Source: Thermoproteota archaeon | GTDB taxonomy: Archaea > Korarchaeota > Korarchaeia > Korarchaeales > Korarchaeaceae | Assembly: GCA_037917625.1 (NCBI GenBank) | Contig: JAVCBY010000112.1 | Span: 1 to 39,585, forward strand | DNA: 39,585 bases | Direction: 5' to 3' | Notes under the pieces: generated by a model | What the model saw: the letters and a program-made list of their open reading frames with translations, nothing else | Database searches by the model: none | What the model was told of the DNA's origin: nothing | Program-made: the position numbers and the translations under genes | Shown here: piece by piece, positions 18,393 through 28,131 of the stretch | Position numbering within the stretch: the first letter of the stretch is position 1 | How the letters are laid out: every line of letters starts with the position of its first letter

Positions 18393-19568
18393 TCATCCCA
18401 CCAGCTCAACTGCCATGCTCTGAGCTCCTCCTCCCCCGTGGCATATAGTAGCTAGTCCCCTCCTCTTACCCCTTATCCTCAAGGCATTGAGCAAAGTGAC
18501 CACTATCCTAGCTCCGCTCGCCCCTAACGGATGGCCCAGAGCTACAGCACCTCCGAATGGATTAAGCTTTTCTGGAGGTATTTCCAGCCCCTTAGCAACT
18601 ACTAGGGTCGCTAGAGCGAAGGCTTCATTATGCTCTATTATGTCGAACTCATCTATACTCATCCCTATCTTATCAAGTAATTTCTTCGTTGAGATTATAG
18701 GAGCCTCTATGAAATCCTTCGGCTCTAAGGAGGCTGAGGAGAAGCCTATTATCCTAGCTATCGGCTCTAGACCTCTCTCCTCCACGACCTCCCTATGAGC
18801 TAGGACTAGGGCAGCTGCTCCATCGCTCAATTGAGAGGCGTTCGCAGCTGTTATGACTCCGTCAGGTCTGAAAGCAGGCTTAAGCCTAGCTATCCTCTCA
18901 ATAGTAGTATCTGGCCTTATACCTTCATCGCTCTCTATAGGAAAATCTTTAACTCTCTCCATCTCCTTAGAGAAGTACCCTCTCTCAGTCGCTTCCTTAG
19001 CTTTCATGTGGCTGGATACTGCGAACTCATCGCATTCCTCTCTAGATATCCCCCATTTCCTCGCAGTCTCCTCAGCTTCCTCCCCCATCAGAAGGCCCGT
19101 ATGAGGATCCGTGAGCCCATCGTAGACCATGAGATCTATCAGCTTCTCTCCAATGAAGGAGAACTTCACCCCCCACCTCCACTGAGGGGGTAGAGCATAA
19201 GGGGCGTTGCTCATGCTCTCCATTCCCCCAGCTACTACTACTCTATTCTCCCCGAGGGCTATGCTCTGAGCAGCGAGAGTTATTGCCTTCATTCCAGAGG
19301 CGCATACCTTATTCACGGTAAATCCAGGGACCTCCTTAGGGATGCCAGCTAGTATAGCTGCCTGCCTCGCTGGATTCTGGCTTACCATAGCTTGTAAAAC
19401 GTTCCCCATTATCACCTCATCTACATCACTGGGCTCCAAGCCGCTCCTCCTAACGGCGGCCTCTATGGCTATTGCACCTAACTGAGGCGCGGACATCTTA
19501 GATAAGGAGCCTCCGAACTTCCCTATGGGGGTCCTAGCGAAACTGACGATGAGAACATCGCTCAACAT
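18393..19568 (-). CDS. Acetyl-CoA C-acyltransferase (thiolase)
   Basis: NKVCASG, NEAF, GHPLGASG, ICHGGG. Confidence 0.93.
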   Translation of the reverse strand: MLSDVLIVSFARTPIGKFGGSLSKMSAPQLGAIAIEAAVRRSGLEPSDVDEVIMGNVLQAMVSQNPARQAAILAGIPKEVPGFTVNKVCASGMKAITLAAQSIALGENRVVVAGGMESMSNAPYALPPQWRWGVKFSFIGEKLIDLMVYDGLTDPHTGLLMGEEAEETARKWGISREECDEFAVSSHMKAKEATERGYFSKEMERVKDFPIESDEGIRPDTTIERIARLKPAFRPDGVITAANASQLSDGAAALVLAHREVVEERGLEPIARIIGFSSASLEPKDFIEAPIISTKKLLDKIGMSIDEFDIIEHNEAFALATLVVAKGLEIPPEKLNPFGGAVALGHPLGASGARIVVTLLNALRIRGKRRGLATICHGGGGAQSMAVELVG

Positions 19569-19572
19569 ACCA

Positions 19573-20478
19573 TCACCTGAGTTCCCTCAGCTTCTTTATG
19601 AGTGCTGGGATGAACTCATAGAGATCCTTAACTACACCATAATCAGAATTTTCGAATATTGGAGCCCCTGGATCATTATTTACAGCAACTATCACTCTAG
19701 AATCGATTATCCCAGCTGAGAACTGCTGCTGTCCAGATGCTCCTATTACGAAGAGGAGCTTTGGAGCTATCCTGATCCCGCTTATCCCTATCCAAGATTC
19801 CTCAGGCATCCACTTGAGATCAGCTGCTAAAGGCCTCGTGGATCCCACGACACCATTCAAAATTTCGGCTAACTCGTGAGCGAGCTTCAAATCCTCTTTC
19901 CTCTTAAAACCCCTTCCTACAGCAATTACCACATCCGCCTTATCTAAAGGTATCCCTAGCTTCGGCTTGGGCCTCCTCTCCAATACTTCATAAGATCTCA
20001 CGGTCTCAAACTTATAATGCAAGGTTTCATGAGTTGAATCAGTATCCAGAGGCTTGAATTTACCCTTCTGTACACTAATGACGGCTGGTAGGGAAAGCTC
20101 CTCTACAGAGATTGCCTTCCCACCGTAAGTCATCCTCTCCACGATAAGCTTATCATTGCTCAAGCTCAGGGATGAGACCTCAGTCGCTACAGCACGCTCT
20201 AGTTTCTGTGCTACCTGCCCTATTAACTCCCTCCCCCTCTTATCGCTCGAAAGTATGAGTAGATCGTAGCCATCAGCGAGCGATGTTATAGCTTTGAGGA
20301 GCCCCGCTTGATCTTCTGAGCTCACATCACATATTATTACTTTCTTAGCTCCCTTAACCTCTCCCTCCAAATCCCTCTGATCTGAAGTTAGGAGGAGGGA
20401 GACATCCCCAACCCTGCTTCCCGCTGAGATGAGCTCTTTAGCCAGTTCGAAATAATGACTGAATACTAGGACGTTCAT
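19573..20478 (-). CDS. etfA: Electron transfer flavoprotein alpha subunit
   Basis: YGGKA, ADVVIAVGRG, GSTRP, GASG, AVNNDPGAPIF, DYGVV. Confidence 0.9.
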   Translation of the reverse strand: MNVLVFSHYFELAKELISAGSRVGDVSLLLTSDQRDLEGEVKGAKKVIICDVSSEDQAGLLKAITSLADGYDLLILSSDKRGRELIGQVAQKLERAVATEVSSLSLSNDKLIVERMTYGGKAISVEELSLPAVISVQKGKFKPLDTDSTHETLHYKFETVRSYEVLERRPKPKLGIPLDKADVVIAVGRGFKRKEDLKLAHELAEILNGVVGSTRPLAADLKWMPEESWIGISGIRIAPKLLFVIGASGQQQFSAGIIDSRVIVAVNNDPGAPIFENSDYGVVKDLYEFIPALIKKLRELR

Positions 20479-21254
20479 CCTCTCACCTCGAGAAGACCCT
20501 CACTCCTCAAAGCATCAATAAGCTTCTCTATAGCTTCCTCTAGCTCTCCCTCAATGATAATCCCCTTCCTCTCAACCTTCAGGGCCTTGACCTCTCTAAC
20601 CTTGACCTTAGGTTCCATGGACGCTTGGACTTCCTTCTGCACTATCGGTTTCTTCGACGCTTTCATTATGTGGAGGACAGTCGGTATCCTAGGTTGGTTT
20701 ATCTCCTGAGTCACAGATATTACAGCGGGGAGCTTCAGGGATATGACCTCATCGTAATCCTCTAAGCTCCTCGTGACTTTTAGCTCCTCTCCATTAACCT
20801 CTATACTCGTAGCGTAAGAGATGTAAGGCCAACCGAGCTCTGCTGCTACTCTAGCTGGTAGAACTCCCGAGAAATTATCCTCGCTCCCCTCACCAGCTAA
20901 TACTAACTGATATTTCCCCCTTATCTCCTCTGAAAGCAACTTAGCAGCTAAATAAGTATCCATGTACTGATTGCTCAGGAGGAGCAATGCTTCATCAATT
21001 CCCATCGCTAAAAGCCTCGTTAAAGCTTCTCTCGCTTCCTTCAATCTCCTCCCTGAGGAACCGAAGCATGAGAGCATCATAGCGACAGCCTTACCCCCTA
21101 CTCTCTCCTTTATCCTCACAGCCTCCTCAGCGGCATTGAGCTCTATGTCCCCGGCTTTCGTTGGGGCTTCATCTACGTATATCTTCCCGGTCCTACTATC
21201 TATAGCTAGCTGCTGAACATCTAGGGACTGTTTGACGAGTACAGCTATATCCAT
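20475..21254 (-). CDS. etfB: Electron transfer flavoprotein beta subunit
   Basis: IAVLVKQ, AEEAVRIKE, AMGIDEA, NQPRIP. Start moved to ATG 21254. Confidence 0.9.
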   Translation of the reverse strand: MDIAVLVKQSLDVQQLAIDSRTGKIYVDEAPTKAGDIELNAAEEAVRIKERVGGKAVAMMLSCFGSSGRRLKEAREALTRLLAMGIDEALLLLSNQYMDTYLAAKLLSEEIRGKYQLVLAGEGSEDNFSGVLPARVAAELGWPYISYATSIEVNGEELKVTRSLEDYDEVISLKLPAVISVTQEINQPRIPTVLHIMKASKKPIVQKEVQASMEPKVKVREVKALKVERKGIIIEGELEEAIEKLIDALRSEGLLEVRG

Positions 21255-21395
21255 GAGGACACCCAAATTTGATGCGGATGTTTAAGAAAAAGTTTGACCT
21301 CAATGAGCCGAGCCCCCGCTAGGACCCATCGAAAAGCTCGGGCTCCCTAAAGCTAAACTTTTTAATTTTTAGGTGCGCAGTTCGTGGGTGATCGT

Positions 21396-22601
21396 ATGGT
21401 GGACTTCTCATTCACTGAGGAGGAAGAGGTATTCAGGAAAACCCTGAGGGAGCTGCTATCTGATGTTCTAGCCCCTAGGGCTAGGGAGATAGACAGGGGC
21501 TGCAGGATACCGAGGGAAGTGATAGATGCCCTAGCTGAGAGCGGGATCCTACTCCTCACCGTGAAGCCGGAATATGGGGGGCAGGGAGCTAGCTGGGTCA
21601 TGGGTGCGATAGCTACTGAGGAGATAGCGAGAGCAGATCCCAGCGTAGCTACGGCCGTTTTCCACTTAGTCGAGGCCTCCTGGGGGAAGATAGTTGAGAG
21701 GTATGCGAAACCCGAGCTGGCTAAAGAGGTCCTCAGCAGGGCAGCTAGGGGGGAGGGGTTCGTGGGAATCTGCTCAACAGAGCCCCAGGGAGGGAGTGAT
21801 GTAGCTGGATTCAGGACGATAGCGAAGAAGGAAGGAGATCATTGGGTCCTCAACGGTGAGAAGACTTATATAAGCGGTATAGTTGAGGCGAAGGAAGTGG
21901 ATGGAGGTTACGTAACACTAGTGAAGACGAAACCTGAAGCTGGATCTAAGGGGATAAGTCTCTTCTACCTACCGATAAATGCTCAAGGCATAGAGACGGG
22001 TCTCTTCGATGATATGGGGAGGTGCGGTATAAGCACTGGGTGGATCAGGCTGAACAACGTCAAGCTACCGGAGGATCATCTGATAGGAGGAGTTAATGAG
22101 GGGTTCGAGATAGCTATGGAGGGTTTCAATAGGGCTAGGGTCTTCGTCTCAGCGGGGTGCACCGGCTCAGCTATGGCTATGTTCGATTACACTAGGGATT
22201 ATGTCAAGAACAGGGTAATTTTCGGGAGGACTTTAGCTTCATTCGAGGGTATCCAGTTCCCACTAGTCGATTACTACTCTAAGATAGAGGCAGCCAGGCT
22301 CGTGATGTACAAAGCAGCTTGGATGGTTGATCAATACGATCAGGGCAACGCTACTCTGAAGGATGTGGGCTTCTGGGCTGCGATGGCGAAGTTACTCGCA
22401 CCCGAGATAGCTGTTGATGCTATAAAGGAGTTCATGAAAGCGACCGGAGCTTACGGATATACGAAGGATACGCCGCTAGAGATGGCTATAAGGGGAGTCC
22501 TGAGCTATTACGTCGGTGCTGAGGGAGGGCAAAACATAATGAGGCTCATCCTGGTCAGGTTCCTCTTCGGATCTGAGCATCTCCCATATAAGCAGAGATA
22601 A
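21396..22601 (+). CDS. Acyl-CoA dehydrogenase
   Basis: STEPQGGSDV, LNGEKTYIS, RVIFGRTLASFEGIQF, GAYGY, EGG. Confidence 0.92.
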   Translation: MVDFSFTEEEEVFRKTLRELLSDVLAPRAREIDRGCRIPREVIDALAESGILLLTVKPEYGGQGASWVMGAIATEEIARADPSVATAVFHLVEASWGKIVERYAKPELAKEVLSRAARGEGFVGICSTEPQGGSDVAGFRTIAKKEGDHWVLNGEKTYISGIVEAKEVDGGYVTLVKTKPEAGSKGISLFYLPINAQGIETGLFDDMGRCGISTGWIRLNNVKLPEDHLIGGVNEGFEIAMEGFNRARVFVSAGCTGSAMAMFDYTRDYVKNRVIFGRTLASFEGIQFPLVDYYSKIEAARLVMYKAAWMVDQYDQGNATLKDVGFWAAMAKLLAPEIAVDAIKEFMKATGAYGYTKDTPLEMAIRGVLSYYVGAEGGQNIMRLILVRFLFGSEHLPYKQR

Positions 22602-22620
22602 CCCTTTAAGGGATTTCACC

Positions 22621-23751
22621 TTGACCCTTTTTAAATGTCCTAGGTGCGGCGCCACATCTAGCTCGGATTGGATCTGTAGATGCGGCTTCCCAATGGAAAT
22701 AGTACCTGAGAGGCTAATTTGGTCAATCGATGAGAGAGAGCCCTCTATTTGGAGGTATAAAAGTCTTCTACCTCGTGCTGAGAGGATAGTTAGCTTGGGG
22801 GAAGGCCTGACTGACTTAAGGAGGGTGGATGGAGTTCTCGTCAAGGATGAGACGAGGAACCCCACTGGATCCTATGTTGATAGAGGGTCCTCAGTCATGG
22901 TCAGCTCCTCGAATATAGCTATTGAGGAGCTCGAGTTCCTGCAGGACGTCACTATCTCTCTAGCATCTTACTTAATCGCTTCTGGTGAGGGAGTGAGAGT
23001 TGTCGTCAATCCCGAGAGAGTGGATGTTAGCGAGCTCCTTTACCTCTCTCAGCTCAATATACCAATATCCTTCGGCATCAGGGAAGCTGGAGCCTCATAT
23101 GAGAACCCCTTCATGATAGAGGGATTCAAGACTATAGCTTATGAGCTCTACGAGTTCAAGGGTAAATTTGACGGGGCAGTCATACCTTCGGAATCCGGTA
23201 TCCTGGCTTTCGGGATAATCAAGGGATTCAGGGAGCTGGAGGAGATGGGCTTGATGAAGATGCCTCAGATATACTTAGTCCACTACAGCGGTATCGGAGG
23301 GGAATTTATCGAGTTTCTGAAGTCCCTCGGAGCTAGGACGATGAGCTTAGATACGAAGGATGTGATGGAATCCCTCATAAAGCTAGCGAAACTCGGCATA
23401 TATGTGAAGCCCATTTCAGCCATGGCTTACTCAGCAGCCTCTAGGCTAGGGAGCGAATATGTAGCCCTATTAACGGGATCTAGCATGAGGAGGTGGAGGA
23501 ACCTCAATTCACTCGCTCCCCTCACGGAACTCCAGAGGAGGATCTTAGAGGTCATGAGGAAGGGTGAGGAGATGACTGCTTATCAAATATGGAGACTCGT
23601 TGGAGGGGCGACTCTGCAAGGCGTTTATAAGGCCCTCCTCAAGCTTTCGAAAATGGGCTTAGTCTCCTCAGAGAGGAAGTTACATAAGAGGAGGATGAAG
23701 AGAGTTTACAGGCTTATAAAATCAACAACATGCTCTAAGGAGGTGATATAA
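22621..23751 (+). CDS. Threonine-synthase-like (fold-type II PLP) protein lacking the catalytic Lys, fused to a C-terminal winged HTH
   Basis: Zn-ribbon CPRCG..CRCG, SIWRY, SLGEGLT, NPTGSYVDRG (canonical SFKDRG), EGFKTIAYE, LLTGS, then an HTH segment. Confidence 0.75.
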   Translation: MTLFKCPRCGATSSSDWICRCGFPMEIVPERLIWSIDEREPSIWRYKSLLPRAERIVSLGEGLTDLRRVDGVLVKDETRNPTGSYVDRGSSVMVSSSNIAIEELEFLQDVTISLASYLIASGEGVRVVVNPERVDVSELLYLSQLNIPISFGIREAGASYENPFMIEGFKTIAYELYEFKGKFDGAVIPSESGILAFGIIKGFRELEEMGLMKMPQIYLVHYSGIGGEFIEFLKSLGARTMSLDTKDVMESLIKLAKLGIYVKPISAMAYSAASRLGSEYVALLTGSSMRRWRNLNSLAPLTELQRRILEVMRKGEEMTAYQIWRLVGGATLQGVYKALLKLSKMGLVSSERKLHKRRMKRVYRLIKSTTCSKEVI

Positions 23752-24399
23752 GTGAGTCTGATGGAAAAGGAGATTCTATTAAAGGATTCTTTGGTCAATC
23801 TGGATGAGGAAAGTTTCATGAACTGCCTCGAGGAGCTCATCTCCTCAGGGGAGGATCCTTGGAGGATAATACTGGGTCCGATGAGTGAGGCGATGGAGGA
23901 GATAGGGAAGTTATTCGAGGAAGGCGAATACTTCATAGCGGAGATGCTGAGGGCAGCATCCATATTCAAGAAAGCTCTCGATAAGTTAGGGATAGAGGCT
24001 GAGGGAGGCGGAAGCTTAGGAACTGTTGTCATAGGGACAGTTAAGGGAGATGTTCATGATATAGGGAAGAGCTTAGTGGCGACTATGCTGAAGGCTGCGG
24101 GCTTTAAGGTAATCGATCTCGGAGTAGATATAGATGCTGATACCTTCATAAGGACCGTTAGGGAGCATAAAGCTGACATATTGGCGATGAGCTCCCTCCT
24201 AACGACGACCAGGGATTACATGAGCGTTGTGATAAGGAGGTTAGAGGAGGAGGGGCTGAGGGAGAGGGTAAAAGTGCTTATAGGAGGCCTCTCCACCTCA
24301 CCAGAGTTCGCGAAGTCAATAGGAGCTGATGGATGGGCAAAAAATGCTATAGAGGCGGTAGAGGTCGCCAAGAGCTTACTGAAAAATGTAAAAACTTAA
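23752..24399 (+). CDS. Corrinoid (cobalamin-binding) protein, MtaC/MtbC/MetH cap + B12-binding domains
   Basis: FEEGEYFIAEM cap, GTVKGDVHDIGK, DLGVD, SSLLTTT, IGG, IGADG. Confidence 0.9.
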   Translation: MSLMEKEILLKDSLVNLDEESFMNCLEELISSGEDPWRIILGPMSEAMEEIGKLFEEGEYFIAEMLRAASIFKKALDKLGIEAEGGGSLGTVVIGTVKGDVHDIGKSLVATMLKAAGFKVIDLGVDIDADTFIRTVREHKADILAMSSLLTTTRDYMSVVIRRLEEEGLRERVKVLIGGLSTSPEFAKSIGADGWAKNAIEAVEVAKSLLKNVKT

Positions 24400-24462
24400 T
24401 CATCTCATAATAGAAGCCTCTTTCTTAATTTTCGCTGCTCTAATCCGGGTGCCTCGGGGAAG

Positions 24463-25530
24463 CTAAAGATAGGTTAGACCTGGAGATTTGAGCTTTAAAG
24501 GAATTAGAGTGATGAAGAAGAGGGAGAGCAGGGGGATCGCGTAGTTGAGGGAGCTCATGAGGGAGGGATATATCCCATAGAATATCGCATATGATAGGGA
24601 GCTCGTCGCTATCGGTAGGGATATAGAGAGACCTTCAGACCTTCCTGTGAGCTCAATAGCCAACTTGTTCCTGGATGAGTAGTGGAATGGTTGGATAGGG
24701 ACGAGAAGGAGATACATAAGAATAATCCCATCTTCAAGGAATGTGCATAGGGTTAAGTGCGCTAAGAGAAGTAAGCTTGAGGAGAGGAAGGATATTATTC
24801 CCCCGACCTTATCGACTATCTTTCCCATTACTGGTCCAAATATTATATCTAATAGCATTGACAAAGAAAATAATAATCCAATTATGGAGCTAGATCTCCC
24901 GAAAAATTCATAAAGCTTTATTTCCAGTAAAGTGTATATGAGCGGGGTTACTAAACCCTCTAGGGTCAGGATGGGCATGAGAAGGCCGATAATACTCGAA
25001 TTTAGCTCCCACTTTGCTTTCCTACTATCCATCACTTTGGGAACGATCATCGAGGATAACAGGCATATTATAGAGGATATCAGCAGTAAATTCTTAGTAC
25101 CAATGCTATCAACGAGGAACCCACCTATCAGGAGGCCTAATACACTCCCCAGCCCTGAAATGGTGTAATAAGTCCCAGACGCCTCGCCTCCCTCCATCTC
25201 CCCGAAGAGGGATTCCAGGATCAGTGGCTCATAGCATGATAGCAAGTTGAGGAGGACGCTCATGATGAAGTAATTAGGGCTATTGAGGGCGAAGTATAGT
25301 AAGAGAGACGAGGAAAGGATTATCGAGATTAAAATGAATCTCCTATATCTGATAAGGCTGAAGATCAGTGTTCCGAGGAAATTGACTACAGCACCTAAGC
25401 TTACGGCGAGGAAATAGCCACTAATGCCGTAGAGATCATAGATCTCCAGCATCAGATAGATATAACTCAGGCCCCAAGCGAGATCGAGCGAGAATGTCAT
25501 GGCTAGGAAGCGCAGGTTTTCCATAGTCAT
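24463..25530 (-). CDS. MFS transporter
   Basis: About 12 hydrophobic segments, GGFLVDSIG and GKIVDKVG motif-A-like repeats. Confidence 0.75.
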   Translation of the reverse strand: MTMENLRFLAMTFSLDLAWGLSYIYLMLEIYDLYGISGYFLAVSLGAVVNFLGTLIFSLIRYRRFILISIILSSSLLLYFALNSPNYFIMSVLLNLLSCYEPLILESLFGEMEGGEASGTYYTISGLGSVLGLLIGGFLVDSIGTKNLLLISSIICLLSSMIVPKVMDSRKAKWELNSSIIGLLMPILTLEGLVTPLIYTLLEIKLYEFFGRSSSIIGLLFSLSMLLDIIFGPVMGKIVDKVGGIISFLSSSLLLLAHLTLCTFLEDGIILMYLLLVPIQPFHYSSRNKLAIELTGRSEGLSISLPIATSSLSYAIFYGIYPSLMSSLNYAIPLLSLFFITLIPLKLKSPGLTYL

Positions 25531-25694
25531 TTACCATCCCCCCGTCACGGATTTTTCTTGATAAAGATCTATAAGGGAAATTCTTAGCATATAGAGTGAT
25601 TATGTTGTAATAAATTACTGTTAGAGGCGCTACGCCTCCAGAAGATAGATCAATTTCATAAATATAAACTTTTCGTTAAAAAAAGAATGGAGGC

Positions 25695-26354
25695 TCAGAT
25701 CTTCTTATAGCAGAACCACCAATCATAACACTCTATTTCTTTCGCCTTGGCGAGCTCTAATCTCTGCTTTGCCGTCTCAACATCACCTGCAGGCCTTATT
25801 ATCACTTTATCGCCTATTAACTCATTGTTCGGCCAATCCGCAGGCGTGGCGACCTCATACTTATCGGACGTCTGCAGAGCCTTCAAGGCCCTCAGGATCT
25901 CATCTATGTTCCTACCTATCTCCTGCGGATAATAGAGTATCAGCCTTATGAATCCATGGGGATCCACTATGAAGACAGCTCTCACAGTATTCGTCCCCTT
26001 ACCCGGATGTATCAATCCCAGCTTTCCTGCAACTCTGCCAAGATCATCTGCGATCACTGGGAACTCTATCTTAACTCCTAGTTTCTCCTCTATCCACTCA
26101 ACCCATTTTATGTGACTGAATACCTGATCTATACTGAGCCCTATGAGCTCTGCATTGAGCTTCCTGAACTCATCATACTTCTTCTGGAAGGCGAAGAATT
26201 CCGTCGTGCATACCGGTGTGAAATCAGCTGGATGACTGAATAGGATGAACCATTTGCCCTTATAGTGATCTGGCAGCTTAAAGACTCCATGCGTGGTCTT
26301 GACCTCTATCTCGGGGAACTTCTCCCCTAACAGCGGGATCCTTCCCTCCTCCAT
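25695..26354 (-). CDS. Peroxiredoxin (Prx6/archaeal type)
   Basis: [36 protein letters not shown]. Start moved to ATG 26354 based on promoter position. Confidence 0.93.
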   Translation of the reverse strand: MEEGRIPLLGEKFPEIEVKTTHGVFKLPDHYKGKWFILFSHPADFTPVCTTEFFAFQKKYDEFRKLNAELIGLSIDQVFSHIKWVEWIEEKLGVKIEFPVIADDLGRVAGKLGLIHPGKGTNTVRAVFIVDPHGFIRLILYYPQEIGRNIDEILRALKALQTSDKYEVATPADWPNNELIGDKVIIRPAGDVETAKQRLELAKAKEIECYDWWFCYKKI

Positions 26355-26628
26355 GGTCTCACTATTAATCATTGAGTTAGTACTTTAAAAAGATTTCGTT
26401 CGTAAAAAGAATCAAAGGAAGAGGAGATGCGTAGTGCAAATGGGCCTTATTTGTTTAATAAATTCTTTAATAAATTCATTATAAGGAAATTATCAGAAAT
26501 TTATTATATCATAGTGTGATTACTATTATAATCTCTGAAGCACTAGAGGGGAAGTGAGAACCAGAATATCTTAAAAATCCCTTGAGTCATCTCAGGGGAT
26601 TGACATAGCCTCCGGTAGACTCGTTGAG

Positions 26629-28131
26629 ATGGTGAATATAACGAAGAGATTTCACAATGTTGTAGCAAATAATAGAGTTCATTTTGATTTAAGGGAAGGA
26701 GAAATACATGCTTTGTTAGGGGAAAATGGGGCCGGTAAGACAACGCTGATGAACATACTCTACGGATTATATCGTCCTGATGAGGGCGAGATCTACGTAA
26801 GGGGTAAGAGGGTCAATATAAGGAGCCCGAGGGATGCAATAGAGTTGGGCATAGGTATGGTCCATCAGCACTTTCTCTTCGTCGAGGACCAGACAGTCGC
26901 TGAGAATCTAGCTCTTAGTTGTTCTAGAAGTTCCATCAATCCATTGAAGGATTTGGAGGAGGGATTAAGGGAGATGGAGAAGTATGGAATAAAGCTAGAT
27001 TTAGGATCATATATATGGCAGCTTTCACTGGGGGAACAGCAGAAGGTTGAGATAGCTAAAATATTGCTCTCGGGAGCTGATATAGTAATATTAGATGAGC
27101 CTACATCGGTCCTCACACCAAAAGAAGTGAACGAGCTATTCGAATGTTTGAGGATGATGAGATCGGATGGCAAGGGCATTATCTTCATAACTCATAAGCT
27201 CAATGAGGTCTTCTCCATAGCTGATAGAGTTACTGTAATGAGGAAAGGTAGCGTGGTCGCTACTTTACCGATAGAGAGAGCAACCAAGGAGGAACTCGCC
27301 AAAATGATGGTAGGAAGGGAAATATCATTCGAATATCAGAGATCCGAAGCAGCTAAGGGAGATCCCGTGCTTGAGGTACGGGGACTCTATGTCATCGGTG
27401 ATAGGGGGAAAGAGAGCGTTAAAGGAGTTTCGTTCAATGTTAGGGGCGGGGAGATATTTGGAATAGGAGGAGTCTCGGGGAACGGTCAGAGCGAGCTAGT
27501 AGAGTCCATAGTTGGGCTGAGGAAAGTTAAGAGAGGTAGGATAGTAGTTATGGGGAGGGATGTCACGAATAAGTCCTCTAGGGAGATCTCCGAGCTTGGA
27601 GTAGCTTATATACCGGAGGACAGGATGAGGTTCGGGATAGTTCAGAACATGAGTATAGCTGAGAACGCTGTGCTCAAGAGATATCATAAGGAGCCCTTTA
27701 GCTCGAGGGGGATCCTGAGGTATGAGAGGATAGTGGAATTCGCTGAGGATTTGATGGAGGAATTCGGCATAGTCGCGCCTTCAGCACATACACAGGCTAA
27801 AAATCTCTCGGGAGGTAACGTACAGAGGCTCGTGGCTGGGAGGGAACTCTCCGGGAATCCTAAGCTAATAGTAGCCTCGAATCCAACGCATGGTCTTGAT
27901 GTATCCGCCACTGAGTATATAAGGAACCTCCTCATTGCCCACAGGGATAATGGATCAGCGATATTACTCATATCGACAGATCTAGGGGAGCTACTCGAAT
28001 TGAGTGATAGAGTAGCTATAATGTTTGAAGGAAGGTTCTCCGGTATCTTTAAACCAGGAGAAATCTCATCAGAGGAATTGGGCCTGATGATGTCGGGAGG
28101 AATGTCTCTTGAAGTTAGTCAAGAGGGTTGA
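26629..28131 (+). CDS. Nucleoside/sugar (CUT2) ABC transporter ATP-binding protein, two ABC domains
   Basis: GENGAGKT, DEPT, ITHKL, LSGGNVQR, PTHGLDV. The true start may lie upstream. Confidence 0.92.
   Translation: MVNITKRFHNVVANNRVHFDLREGEIHALLGENGAGKTTLMNILYGLYRPDEGEIYVRGKRVNIRSPRDAIELGIGMVHQHFLFVEDQTVAENLALSCSRSSINPLKDLEEGLREMEKYGIKLDLGSYIWQLSLGEQQKVEIAKILLSGADIVILDEPTSVLTPKEVNELFECLRMMRSDGKGIIFITHKLNEVFSIADRVTVMRKGSVVATLPIERATKEELAKMMVGREISFEYQRSEAAKGDPVLEVRGLYVIGDRGKESVKGVSFNVRGGEIFGIGGVSGNGQSELVESIVGLRKVKRGRIVVMGRDVTNKSSREISELGVAYIPEDRMRFGIVQNMSIAENAVLKRYHKEPFSSRGILRYERIVEFAEDLMEEFGIVAPSAHTQAKNLSGGNVQRLVAGRELSGNPKLIVASNPTHGLDVSATEYIRNLLIAHRDNGSAILLISTDLGELLELSDRVAIMFEGRFSGIFKPGEISSEELGLMMSGGMSLEVSQEG

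Noticed and set aside
21305-21345. Imperfect inverted repeat GAGCCGAGC...GCTCGGGCTC between the etfB and acyl-CoA dehydrogenase promoters
   Set aside because: Bulged, with a long spacer; cannot be distinguished from chance.
25624-25638. GAGGCG-CTA-CGCCTC hairpin downstream of the peroxiredoxin
   Set aside because: Short; the T-run near 25678-25684 (minus strand) is an adequate terminator and nothing more is supported.
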